Virus record (IMG/VR): IMGVR_UViG_3300029171_000014
Span: 1-46,812 of that record
Source: a virus
Taxonomy: Duplodnaviria; Caudoviricetes
Length of the DNA: 46,812 bases
Strand: one strand, 5' to 3'
A program made the translations under genes and the position numbers. The notes under the pieces were generated by a model that was not told the origin of the DNA, did no database searches, and was given only the letters and a program-made list of their open reading frames with translations. Below, piece after piece: positions 16,799-25,598 of this stretch (position 1 is the stretch's first letter; every line of letters starts with the position of its first letter).

Positions 16799-17800
16799 TT
16801 ATTTTTCATCTTTAATTGCTTCTTGAGTCGCTAAATGAATCTTCTTATAAGTCTCTGTGTCTTTTCTTAAGGATTCTATAGCCTTATCTCTACTTGAACC
16901 TAACTTAACATCACTAAAAGAATAGGTATTCCCCTCTTTTTTGATAACTTTAAGTTCTTCAGCCGTGTCAAGTGTATCAGCCACAAGATCTATCCCAGTA
17001 TTATAATAGAGGGTAAATTCTCCTTTCCTAAATGGCATGCCTACCTTATTCTTTACTGCTGTTATTTTGACCACATTACCTATTTGTTCTTCTTTTGATC
17101 CCATTATCTTCTCCCCTCTTGTTACATTAAGGCGTACAGAAGAAAAAAACTTTAAAGCCTTGCCTCCTGGAGTAGTTTCTGGATTGCCCCAAAATACACC
17201 GACCTTACTTCTAGTCTGATTAATAAAAATAACAACAGTCCCACTGCGAGAGATTGGTCCAGATGTTATCCTTAATGCCTTCCCCAAAAGCCTGGCCTGT
17301 AGTGCCATTGTCTCTTTTAGCATATCTTCACCTTCTAGCTCGCTACGGGGGACAAGAGCAGCCACGGAGTCAACTATTATTAAATCTATCTTCTTTGTCT
17401 CTGCCAATGCCCTTATTGTGTCAAAAGCCTCTTCTAAGGTGCTTGGTTGGCTTACCATGAGCTTTTCTGTCTCTACCCCTACATTCTTTGCGTATGAGGC
17501 ATCATAGGCGTTCTCAGCGTCAATATAGACAACAGTACCGCCTGCTTTCTGTGCTTGGGCGGCAAAAAAGAGGCAAAGTGTTGATTTACCACAAGAGGGT
17601 TCACCAAAGACCTCAATAACCCTTCCTCGTGGAAGTCCTTTACAACCAAGTAGCCTATCTATTGCAAAGCAATTTGTAGGTATGGACTCAATATCTTCTG
17701 GTGTATCATTTGCTTGCAAGATTACGCCATCGCCATACTGCTTTCTGAGCTTTTTTAAGGCTTCTTCAATGCTTGGAACTGTTTCTTCTTCTTTTTTCAT
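16799..17800 (-). CDS. recA: RecA recombinase
   Basis: GLPRGRVIEVFGEPSCGKST, IDAE, IVDSVAAL, FINQ.R, TTPGGKALKF, KNKVG.PF. Confidence 0.97.
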   Translation of the reverse strand: MKKEEETVPSIEEALKKLRKQYGDGVILQANDTPEDIESIPTNCFAIDRLLGCKGLPRGRVIEVFGEPSCGKSTLCLFFAAQAQKAGGTVVYIDAENAYDASYAKNVGVETEKLMVSQPSTLEEAFDTIRALAETKKIDLIIVDSVAALVPRSELEGEDMLKETMALQARLLGKALRITSGPISRSGTVVIFINQTRSKVGVFWGNPETTPGGKALKFFSSVRLNVTRGEKIMGSKEEQIGNVVKITAVKNKVGMPFRKGEFTLYYNTGIDLVADTLDTAEELKVIKKEGNTYSFSDVKLGSSRDKAIESLRKDTETYKKIHLATQEAIKDEK

Positions 17801-17975
17801 ATTTATTTTTAATTAGCTTTTTAACAATTGAATCTTTGACCTTCTTCTTGATTACTTTCTCTGGGAGTTTAGAGTAGTCTGTAGATGCTTCCCACTCGTC
17901 AAGCTTGCTTCCAAGAGCCTTAACCCCATCTGGTGTATGTGCCCACGCATTTTGTCTTAAACTTTTAAAGGGCAC
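17766..17975 (-). CDS. small phage protein (MPFKS..Q type)
   Basis: PFKSLRQ..W...WE..TDYSKLPEK. Confidence 0.65.
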   Translation of the reverse strand: MPFKSLRQNAWAHTPDGVKALGSKLDEWEASTDYSKLPEKVIKKKVKDSIVKKLIKNKYEKRRRNSSKH

Positions 17976-17976
17976 T

Positions 17977-18228
17977 TTAATAACTTAATCCTTTGCTAAT
18001 AATCATTGCAGCAAGACTGGCTCGATGTCTCCAGTCTGTTGTTTCCATAAGTTTTAATTTTATGGAGTCAATCCTTTCTTGTGAAACACCAGAGGCCTCA
18101 GATGTTTTCTCCCGTTCGGCCTCTCCAACCATAGAGACAATCTGATCTATAACATCTTGAGAAACTTCCTTTTCCACAGAAGAAAGAAGGTTACCTGCTT
18201 CTATTTGACGTTCACTGTAGGTAGGCAT
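17977..18228 (-). CDS. hypothetical protein
   Basis: packed ORF. Confidence 0.6.
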   Translation of the reverse strand: MPTYSERQIEAGNLLSSVEKEVSQDVIDQIVSMVGEAEREKTSEASGVSQERIDSIKLKLMETTDWRHRASLAAMIISKGLSY

Positions 18229-18279
18229 AATATATTTATTTTACATCTTTTAGAACATTTGACAATACCCAAATGATAG

Positions 18280-18744
18280 CTACTTACAGCTTACTAATGT
18301 CCTACAAACGGACCAGGGTGTCCAGCCTTCTTTGCTCCAAAGATAATAAGCATATGCAATGTTCGTTTCAGGATCTTTTAATTCTTCACATGTTGGACGT
18401 CCTACAATTGTTCTAATTTGCATAAGACCACATGAAACGAATTCCGTGTCAGAATCTCCTACCGCACGTGGATTCCCTCCACTTTCTGCCTTACATACAC
18501 TCATGGCTGTTGTAGTGGCCCAATCATACTTCTCCATAATAGAAGTATATTTACTACAGTCATTTAGTTTTTTATCTTGGCTTATAGCAAGTTCTTTCGC
18601 AAGAGAGGGTACAACCACAACAGCAATAGTGCTAGTAGGCATGGCAACAGAGGGTAATTGCTCTGGTGTTTTAGAAGGGATAACCACAGAAACTGCTAGT
18701 ATGGCCGAGGCCAACAATTTAGTAACAATGGAAGTGTAAAACAT
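18280..18744 (-). CDS. secreted lytic transglycosylase (SLT domain)
   Basis: signal peptide; AESGGNPRA, GLMQI, DPETNI..A, GW.PW. Confidence 0.9.
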   Translation of the reverse strand: MFYTSIVTKLLASAILAVSVVIPSKTPEQLPSVAMPTSTIAVVVVPSLAKELAISQDKKLNDCSKYTSIMEKYDWATTTAMSVCKAESGGNPRAVGDSDTEFVSCGLMQIRTIVGRPTCEELKDPETNIAYAYYLWSKEGWTPWSVCRTLVSCK

Positions 18745-18843
18745 AATTCAATAATTACTGATAAATAAACATGAGTTCTTTAACTTTTAAGGTTTAAGAA
18801 CCCATACTTAGCAGCAATTATGACAAGTACAGATCCTCAAGGT

Positions 18844-19227
18844 TTATTGTTCTTGTGTGTTCCCCTTCTTAGGGTCAGTAAAATAGAATAAATATTTACC
18901 AAACAGCGATAGTCCTTCTTCAATTTCTTTATTAAGTTCCTCTATTCTATCAACGTCTTGTTCTCCATAATCCTTCCACCCGTTTTTTGCCTCCCAAAGC
19001 TCTCCTTCTTCACGAAACTCTTCATACAATAAACGAAAGGCGTTTTTTATTTTATGAAGAACCTCTGTCCAACCAGCGGGGTCTATAGCATAGTCAGGAG
19101 GCAGATAGATGCCACATTCCTCATACCAGTCTGAATAGTCTTTTATAGACCAATATAGTGATTCAACTGCTTTGTCACGAATTGTTGTATATTCTTCTTG
19201 TTTTATTAACTTCTCTAAGATACCCAT
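18844..19227 (-). CDS. hypothetical phage protein
   Basis: W.EVL.KI..AF...IEEGLSLFGKY. Confidence 0.7.
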   Translation of the reverse strand: MGILEKLIKQEEYTTIRDKAVESLYWSIKDYSDWYEECGIYLPPDYAIDPAGWTEVLHKIKNAFRLLYEEFREEGELWEAKNGWKDYGEQDVDRIEELNKEIEEGLSLFGKYLFYFTDPKKGNTQEQ

Positions 19228-19253
19228 ATGTTGTGTATGTGTTTATTGTTTTA

Positions 19254-19850
19254 TTAAGAATTATCAGTTTTTTTTGCTTTCTTGTCAATCTCCCTCAGTA
19301 CATAGCGAGTAGAATAAGGCCCTAGTAGATTTTTTAATTTCTCTACCTGAATAGAGTCGCCTTCATTAATAAGTTTCTTCATTAGATCATTCTTTGATTC
19401 TTTTACATCCTGTATGTGGTCATCAAGGGTGGGAATAGGAACAATCTCCTCTTGTGTTGGCAGATCAGCTTGCTTCAGTATCTTTTCAATGGCTGGAGGT
19501 AGGTAAAGATTTGGCGGTAGGTTAGTTACTTCAAGACTATTTGTAGGATTGTTGGAATTAATATTGCTAGTATTTTCTGAAGAAGGACTAATCAATTCAT
19601 TAACTTTTGAAGGGTCTAAAAATTGAGCAATAAGCTGTCTAGCGGGGATAATGTCCCACAAGTCAATGTCTACGGCATCTCCATACTTATGTGGGGCTAG
19701 TGCTTCTATCTTTCTTCGTGCAACAGAATATGCTTCTTCAAGAGAAAAGTGGACACCTGAATACAATACCTGACATCTTGCAGACCTTACAAGAAGAACA
19801 AAAACCTTAGGTTCAGATACTTTTTTATTGATTTTTAACAGAATATCCAT
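19254..19850 (-). CDS. hypothetical protein
   Basis: 198-aa ORF in operon. Confidence 0.65.
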   Translation of the reverse strand: MDILLKINKKVSEPKVFVLLVRSARCQVLYSGVHFSLEEAYSVARRKIEALAPHKYGDAVDIDLWDIIPARQLIAQFLDPSKVNELISPSSENTSNINSNNPTNSLEVTNLPPNLYLPPAIEKILKQADLPTQEEIVPIPTLDDHIQDVKESKNDLMKKLINEGDSIQVEKLKNLLGPYSTRYVLREIDKKAKKTDNS

Positions 19851-19864
19851 TTTGTGTTACTTAA

Positions 19865-20416
19865 TTAGTAAATAAGCATTTTTATTCGCTTAAGTTCAAG
19901 ATCTTTTTTCTTTTGACTTAAAATGGCTAACTGCTGTTGTTTGGATGACTTTCCTAAACAAATCCAACCTCCCATTAAATCAGAACACCATTCAACACCC
20001 CTCTCGTCTATTTTAACACGTTTGGTCTTGTTAATTTTTAATAACTTACTCTCCGCTTCTTTTTTCTTTTCATATAGACGCTCTCTTTTTGCTCTTATTT
20101 TAAGAAACTGACTTTTTACAAAGGGTAACTTGTCTCCCTCTATGCGATATCTTGTGTGATAAAAATCTACTACTTGTTTTGGTATGTTTAATTTGTTAAC
20201 AATATCATCACAGGGACTTCCTTCTATTAACATTCCAAAAAGTTGTTTTTTAACCTCTGTTTTTAATGTTAACCCAGCCTCCTTGCAATGGTAAATGATA
20301 GTTGAATAATCCGCATTATATCTTTTTGAGATTTCATTATATGACAAACCTTGCAGTCGTAAATTAAGCATTTCTTTTTTAATTTCTGGATCAGCAAATT
20401 TACGACTTCGTAACAT
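19865..20416 (-). CDS. helix-turn-helix protein
   Basis: LRLQGLSYNEISKRYNADYSTI and second HTH-like GSPCDDIVNKLNIPKQVV. Confidence 0.7.
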   Translation of the reverse strand: MLRSRKFADPEIKKEMLNLRLQGLSYNEISKRYNADYSTIIYHCKEAGLTLKTEVKKQLFGMLIEGSPCDDIVNKLNIPKQVVDFYHTRYRIEGDKLPFVKSQFLKIRAKRERLYEKKKEAESKLLKINKTKRVKIDERGVEWCSDLMGGWICLGKSSKQQQLAILSQKKKDLELKRIKMLIY

Positions 20417-20436
20417 AATAGTAGAGTTTACAAATT

Positions 20437-20661
20437 TTAAAGATCATCTTTTGTTTTCTTTTTTGTTTTGTGACGAACATTATAATCTTCAGCTAGAATC
20501 TCAAGAAGAACGGTGGTTACCTGTTCAAAATCAACCTTTTGTAACCTGCCTTCTGACCACAGCTTAGCCTGACGCTTGTTAAATTCTACTGATAGCGGAG
20601 TTTTTCCTGCCATTACTGGGTAGGAGGGGTCTTTTGGATCTTTTTTAAAGGTTATAAGCAT
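20437..20661 (-). CDS. hypothetical protein
   Basis: packed ORF. Confidence 0.6.
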   Translation of the reverse strand: MLITFKKDPKDPSYPVMAGKTPLSVEFNKRQAKLWSEGRLQKVDFEQVTTVLLEILAEDYNVRHKTKKKTKDDL

Positions 20662-20688
20662 ATTGTTATATTAACAGAAGCCGAATTT

Positions 20689-20919
20689 TTAACTTTTATT
20701 GTCTTTCTTTAATTTAACCTTAATGTAAGGCTTATCTAAGTGCATTCTACGTATAATTTCTTCTCCGGTAAGATTTACCTCAAGTGAAAGTATTTTATCT
20801 TCTTTTGTTCCAATGTATTCACGTATTGCCTTAGCACTGATAATGTGTTTAAACCTTTCAAATAGCTTAAGGTGATCTGTATCTTTTATTTTTTCTAACA
20901 TTTTTGTTACCTTTCCCAT
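20689..20919 (-). CDS. hypothetical protein
   Basis: start re-placed at MGKVTK just after upstream stop. Confidence 0.55.
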   Translation of the reverse strand: MGKVTKMLEKIKDTDHLKLFERFKHIISAKAIREYIGTKEDKILSLEVNLTGEEIIRRMHLDKPYIKVKLKKDNKS

Positions 20920-20920
20920 A

Positions 20921-21763
20921 TCATCTTCTTGTACTACTGGCAGTATAGAGCAAACCTTCAATTGGGAATTGACCAACTACATTAACATCTCCGTCAACAA
21001 TGATATTATCCAACCTTAGTCCAATTTGACTGGGAGAATATGATCTTATGTCATCATCCATATCAATGGCTAAAATAAGGTCACGCTCTTCATTAGCCTG
21101 AAGGGTAAAATGATATTCCAAAACTCCTTGGGTAGCATTACGGTCGGTGGCTAATTCTGCATCATTGCCTGCCAATAGATTTATTTCATTAATCATACTC
21201 CTTGGTGCGTTCCCAGTAAGACCCACATAGAATCCAAGCACATTAATGGGCTGATCTCCAGTGGAATGTAGGTGAACAGACAACATCTGTATGTTTTTCC
21301 TACCATCTCCAAGGATGTCGTGTTGAGGGCGGTTTTTTAAAGATACATGAAGTTCTTCTTTAATATCAGGCTTAATCTCTGGCGGAGTAATAGGCATGAC
21401 AATGGGTTGCCTTTCAATAACCGTACGCTCAACTACTGTAGTCTGCGGAGGGCGTTGTTCAATTTCGTTCAATTTTGACTCTAGGTGTTCGTTTTTAGCC
21501 TTTAATTCCTCGTTGCTAGTCTTAAGGCTAGAAAGGCCTTCTTCAATTGCTGTAGTGCTTGTGGCAAAACTAGCTTGGTCTTGCTCTATTTTATTAACCC
21601 TCCCCATTAACATCTCTATATTATTTGCGACTGTTTGAAGGGCTTCTGGGACAGATTGGCCTTCTATCAGATAAGAGCCGACAGACGCTCCTGTGACAAG
21701 TACGGGGACACCAATAACGATACCCACGAAGCTAGCCAATAATGTTGTTGTTAATTTTGTCAT
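20921..21763 (-). CDS. membrane-anchored coiled-coil + Ig-like beta-sandwich surface protein
   Basis: N-terminal TM, heptads, Pro/Thr linker, alternating beta-strand C-domain. Confidence 0.6.
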   Translation of the reverse strand: MTKLTTTLLASFVGIVIGVPVLVTGASVGSYLIEGQSVPEALQTVANNIEMLMGRVNKIEQDQASFATSTTAIEEGLSSLKTSNEELKAKNEHLESKLNEIEQRPPQTTVVERTVIERQPIVMPITPPEIKPDIKEELHVSLKNRPQHDILGDGRKNIQMLSVHLHSTGDQPINVLGFYVGLTGNAPRSMINEINLLAGNDAELATDRNATQGVLEYHFTLQANEERDLILAIDMDDDIRSYSPSQIGLRLDNIIVDGDVNVVGQFPIEGLLYTASSTRR

Positions 21764-22077
21764 TAGCTTGTTTTAATTGTAATTGAGTCTGGCTTAAATT
21801 GGAAGTTAAATTTCTTTAATGCTTCTTCTTTGGTAGAGAGAGCTTCATCCCCCGTTGAATACACACGCAAAAACCACTCTGGATTAGTCTCAATAATTGG
21901 GGCAGATATATACTCTCCATCAATTACTCCAGTAGCATCCCAAATGTCAAGATCATTAAGTGGCTTATAACCTCCTTTACTTCCCATCTTTTCGTCGTAC
22001 TCAAGAATGGCTCCAGCCTTCCACATAAAGTTATCTTTTATAACTCTATAATATTTGCCGCTTGGATTAATTTGCAT
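21763..22077 (-). CDS. hypothetical protein
   Basis: YRVIKD...AGAIL...IETNPEWF. Confidence 0.65.
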   Translation of the reverse strand: MQINPSGKYYRVIKDNFMWKAGAILEYDEKMGSKGGYKPLNDLDIWDATGVIDGEYISAPIIETNPEWFLRVYSTGDEALSTKEEALKKFNFQFKPDSITIKTS

Positions 22078-22080
22078 ATA

Positions 22081-23364
22081 TTATTCTTCTTTTATATCAT
22101 CTTTCCCCATCAGATGAGCAATTCCAGTCTTAACTTTGTTTAAACCGCCAAATGCTTCAAGCATCTGCCCTAAATCTGCTCCTGTTTTAGCATTCATGGG
22201 CAATCCTAAGATATTACCCCCTTCACCCCCCGTAACTACCTTGATCTCAGCATTCTTTGCTATTTCTGCATATGCACTAGCAAACGCAGTCTGAATATCA
22301 ACTATTGCACGAATCTTCTCAATAACAGTGGCAGCGTCATTATACTTCTGAAGAGCTACGGCCATTGCGTCTTTGGCAGCTGCCTCAGCAAGCCCTTTGG
22401 CTTGAATTGCAGTACCCTCAGCTTGTCCTTTGAGTGTAGTTACATTAGCCTCCTTCTCACCTTGGATTCGTATTGCCTCACCACGTCCTGTTGCTTCCAC
22501 AATAGCTGCTTCCTTCTTAATACTTGCTTCTCCAATAACAATCACCCTAAGGGCTGCCATCTTCTCTTCATTAGTCTTAGCTTCTGCTACGGCAATTGCT
22601 TGTTCCTTCTCTTGGGTCCTTATCCCGATGGTAGCATCTCGCTCAATCTGTTTAGAGGTGAAAGCTTTTTCTGCGTCTGCTTTTGCAATCTCTACAAGCT
22701 GAATATTCCCTTGCTCAACTTCAACCGCCTCACGATCCCTCTTAGAAACCTCAATACGAGCCAGTGACTGGACTGCGGCCTTCCTCATGCTTTCGTAGTT
22801 TTGAATAACAGCTGAACCGTCCTGATCACGAATATCATTCACCTCAAGATTCACCAGTTGGACGCCCCACGACTTAAGCACACTATCTACCTCAAAACTC
22901 ACTCCCTGGGAGAAAGTGGCACGGTCTCGCATGATGTCTAGAATCTCCTGCTTCATAGCTGTTGCACGGGCAATTGCCTGGACAATGGCTGTAAGGTCTT
23001 TATGGAGTGATTCAAACACGTTGCCTGTCAAATCTAGGCGTTCTGCGGCCTTAACAGGGTCCTCTATGTGCAACCAAGTAACCACGTCACACTTGAATGG
23101 GGCAACCTGAATGTCGTTAAGGTGGATGTCATTGATATCAAGCTTCACGTTAGTGAGAGGCATGACATAACGCTTCATCAGAAACGGGACGTAGAAGTAT
23201 GATGTTTTACCATCTACTCCGTTGTTTTGAACAGGAGACTTAATCGTGCGTCCTCGACCCATAAATACAATAACGTGGGCCTCATTTGGCCCGATGACCT
23301 TATAAGTAGAGAAGAAGAAAATAGCAAAGGCCACAATGACTACGGCAATAATTAATGGAATCAT
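22081..23364 (-). CDS. flotillin-like SPFH/band 7 protein
   Basis: N-terminal TM, PNEA.V..G, SPFH domain, AEA-rich coiled coil. Confidence 0.9.
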   Translation of the reverse strand: MIPLIIAVVIVAFAIFFFSTYKVIGPNEAHVIVFMGRGRTIKSPVQNNGVDGKTSYFYVPFLMKRYVMPLTNVKLDINDIHLNDIQVAPFKCDVVTWLHIEDPVKAAERLDLTGNVFESLHKDLTAIVQAIARATAMKQEILDIMRDRATFSQGVSFEVDSVLKSWGVQLVNLEVNDIRDQDGSAVIQNYESMRKAAVQSLARIEVSKRDREAVEVEQGNIQLVEIAKADAEKAFTSKQIERDATIGIRTQEKEQAIAVAEAKTNEEKMAALRVIVIGEASIKKEAAIVEATGRGEAIRIQGEKEANVTTLKGQAEGTAIQAKGLAEAAAKDAMAVALQKYNDAATVIEKIRAIVDIQTAFASAYAEIAKNAEIKVVTGGEGGNILGLPMNAKTGADLGQMLEAFGGLNKVKTGIAHLMGKDDIKEE

Positions 23365-23376
23365 AATAATTTATTA

Positions 23377-23757
23377 TTACTTAGCCTGTGTTTTCTCCTC
23401 CTCGGCAATCATTGGATCAACAACCTCTTTCTTAAAGGCGTCTCCATTTTGCTTCAATAACCATCCCAAGAACACCTTCTGTCCATCCTCGGTAAGAATG
23501 CCGTCTCCATTGGTAATGCCAATCTTTCTGAAGGACTTCTCTGGCTCACTTATAAACAAGGTTACAAACTTTTCTTTTAGATTCATATTATTATTTTGAT
23601 TAACTACTAATTCCCACTCATTGACACATGAACAAGGATCTTTAACGTCTCCAATAACAAGTTTACTATCATTTTTCTCCCAAATAGTATATATTTCGCC
23701 AGCCACTGTAGAACAACAATTATTTCCTTTCTTTCTTACCTTGTCTCCAGTTTTCAT
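23377..23757 (-). CDS. hypothetical protein
   Basis: SH3-like GDKVRK N-domain plus GITNGDGILTEDG; may be a fusion. Confidence 0.6.
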   Translation of the reverse strand: MKTGDKVRKKGNNCCSTVAGEIYTIWEKNDSKLVIGDVKDPCSCVNEWELVVNQNNNMNLKEKFVTLFISEPEKSFRKIGITNGDGILTEDGQKVFLGWLLKQNGDAFKKEVVDPMIAEEEKTQAK

Positions 23758-23771
23758 ATGTTTAATTTTAG

Positions 23772-24215
23772 TTAAAAACCTCTGCTGGATCCTCCTCCAC
23801 TGAATGAACCGCCCCCAAAACCTCCAAAGCCACCACTATGACTTCCTCCAAAGCCACCACTTCCGACTCCACCCAAAAATGCTCCTGTTCCTCCTCCACT
23901 AAAGAATGAACTGTCGTCGTCCTCATCATCTGAAGAAGATTCAAACCACTTAGAAATCTTGTGTCCCCACGAGTCTTCAAGGTAGTCAACATCCAGTGCA
24001 ACAGGTTTTTCTGTATCTGGATTTGAGATGGTAAGACCTAAAGACTTTATAAACGAAAGATCTCCAGGTTGAATTTGATCCGCATCTATATTAAGCATTA
24101 AGACACCTGTCTCTTGGCACTTTACAACCTCTATTGGATTTCCGCCTTGCAAATTAACAGTATCGCCCAAAATTACTTTGTTATCAGGATACTTCTCACC
24201 AAATTTATACAACAT
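23772..24215 (-). CDS. protein with acidic/Gly-rich tail like TPM (DUF477/YgcG) C-termini
   Basis: ends GGFGGFGGGSFSGGGSSRGF. Confidence 0.7.
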   Translation of the reverse strand: MLYKFGEKYPDNKVILGDTVNLQGGNPIEVVKCQETGVLMLNIDADQIQPGDLSFIKSLGLTISNPDTEKPVALDVDYLEDSWGHKISKWFESSSDDEDDDSSFFSGGGTGAFLGGVGSGGFGGSHSGGFGGFGGGSFSGGGSSRGF

Positions 24216-24217
24216 AT

Positions 24218-24757
24218 TTATTTAGAAATTAGAGCTATTAATGAATCAACACCACTTGCCACAGCACCTGACCAATCCCCAGATTTAAGCTTAGGGACCA
24301 TGACATCGTCAAGAATCTTACCTGCCTGTGCATCTGTAATATTCGCCCCACGACCTACTTCTATTCTGACATCACGGTCTCCAGACGAGATAATAATAAT
24401 TACCCCATCATCTTTACCTGCTTTACCGACCTTCCATTTCTCCGCAAGCCTGATGCCAAATTCCTCAACTGAAAGTCCATTAAGGGACTTCACCGTAACT
24501 ACTGCCATTTCTCCATGACCGCTCTTTGAAAACGCCTCTAGCTTTTGTGTAACTGCTAATTCTGCCTTTGCGTCTATGGCATCTGCACCATCATTTACAT
24601 AACCTGTAATCTCTGGAATATCTTGTCCAGTTATGGCACCAGATGATGCAGGCCCAGTTACTTGTGACTTTGGATCAGCATTAATTGATCCAAATAGCAG
24701 GAATCCAAAGATAACAACGATTCCTGCAACAATGGGTATTAAGTATTTAGTCGTCAT
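24218..24757 (-). CDS. TPM domain (DUF477) protein
   Basis: GYVND.A, AVVTVKSL.G..VEEF...LAEKWKVGK.GKDDGV, RIEVG.G. Confidence 0.92.
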   Translation of the reverse strand: MTTKYLIPIVAGIVVIFGFLLFGSINADPKSQVTGPASSGAITGQDIPEITGYVNDGADAIDAKAELAVTQKLEAFSKSGHGEMAVVTVKSLNGLSVEEFGIRLAEKWKVGKAGKDDGVIIIISSGDRDVRIEVGRGANITDAQAGKILDDVMVPKLKSGDWSGAVASGVDSLIALISK

Positions 24758-24765
24758 ATTGTTTA

Positions 24766-25350
24766 TTAATCAGTTAATTTAATTTTTACAGCATCCTTGG
24801 CTTCTACATCTGACTCAAACATAGTACGAGTCTCAAACCCAAACATTCCAGCTATTAGGTTTTTAGGAAATGATTTAATCAATACATTATATGCCCGAAC
24901 AGTCTCATTGTAGCGATCTCGAGAAACATTAATCCTGTTTTCTGTTCCTGCTAATTCATCCATAAGAGACTGGACTGTCTCATTAGATTTAAGCTGTGGA
25001 TAGTTTTCCACAATAACCATAAGACGAGCTAGGGCTGAACTATATTCACCCATGGCCCCAATTTGTTCTTTGGAACCGTTTGCTGCCCCTGCATAGTGGG
25101 TACGTGCATTGGCAATATCACCAAAGACTTTTTGCTCCTGTTGTAGGAAGCCCTTAGTTGCTTCTGCTAAATTTGGAACAAGGTCAAAACGTCTTTGATA
25201 CTGAGATTGAATTGCTGCATATGATGTGTCTACCTGAGAAGAGGATGTTACAAGGGTATTATATGAACCCCATAACCACAGTCCACCAATTACGGCAACA
25301 ACTACGACCAAAGAAAAAAGTCCACCCATGACTAAACCAAATGTTTTCAT
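24766..25350 (-). CDS. lemA: LemA family protein
   Basis: YNTLV, QYQRRFDLVPNL, ENYPQLKSN, ELAGTENRI..R.RYN..V..YN, FP.NLIA.MFGF. Confidence 0.96.
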   Translation of the reverse strand: MKTFGLVMGGLFSLVVVVAVIGGLWLWGSYNTLVTSSSQVDTSYAAIQSQYQRRFDLVPNLAEATKGFLQQEQKVFGDIANARTHYAGAANGSKEQIGAMGEYSSALARLMVIVENYPQLKSNETVQSLMDELAGTENRINVSRDRYNETVRAYNVLIKSFPKNLIAGMFGFETRTMFESDVEAKDAVKIKLTD

Positions 25351-25542
25351 CTTTGTTTAATATTAACCTAACTTTATAATGACTATCTACATCTTTAGAC
25401 ATCCTTTCGTCTGTGGGAGAAGTCCCAATAACTTGCGATAGAGCCAGCCTCTGCCAAAGACATTAGTTAAACATTGACAGTACCACCTCGTCGCTATTCT
25501 CAAGCCTGCTTCCACATGCGAAAACATACCTACCTAATAAAC

Positions 25543-25571
25543 AGTGTATACCCCTCCTTTCTATTTGTCAA
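25543..25571 (-). promoter_or_regulatory. sigma70-type promoter
   Basis: cTTGACAaatagaaagg; TTGACA-N17-TACACT. Confidence 0.75.
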
Positions 25572-25598
25572 GGGGACATTCACACTACTACTTATCCT

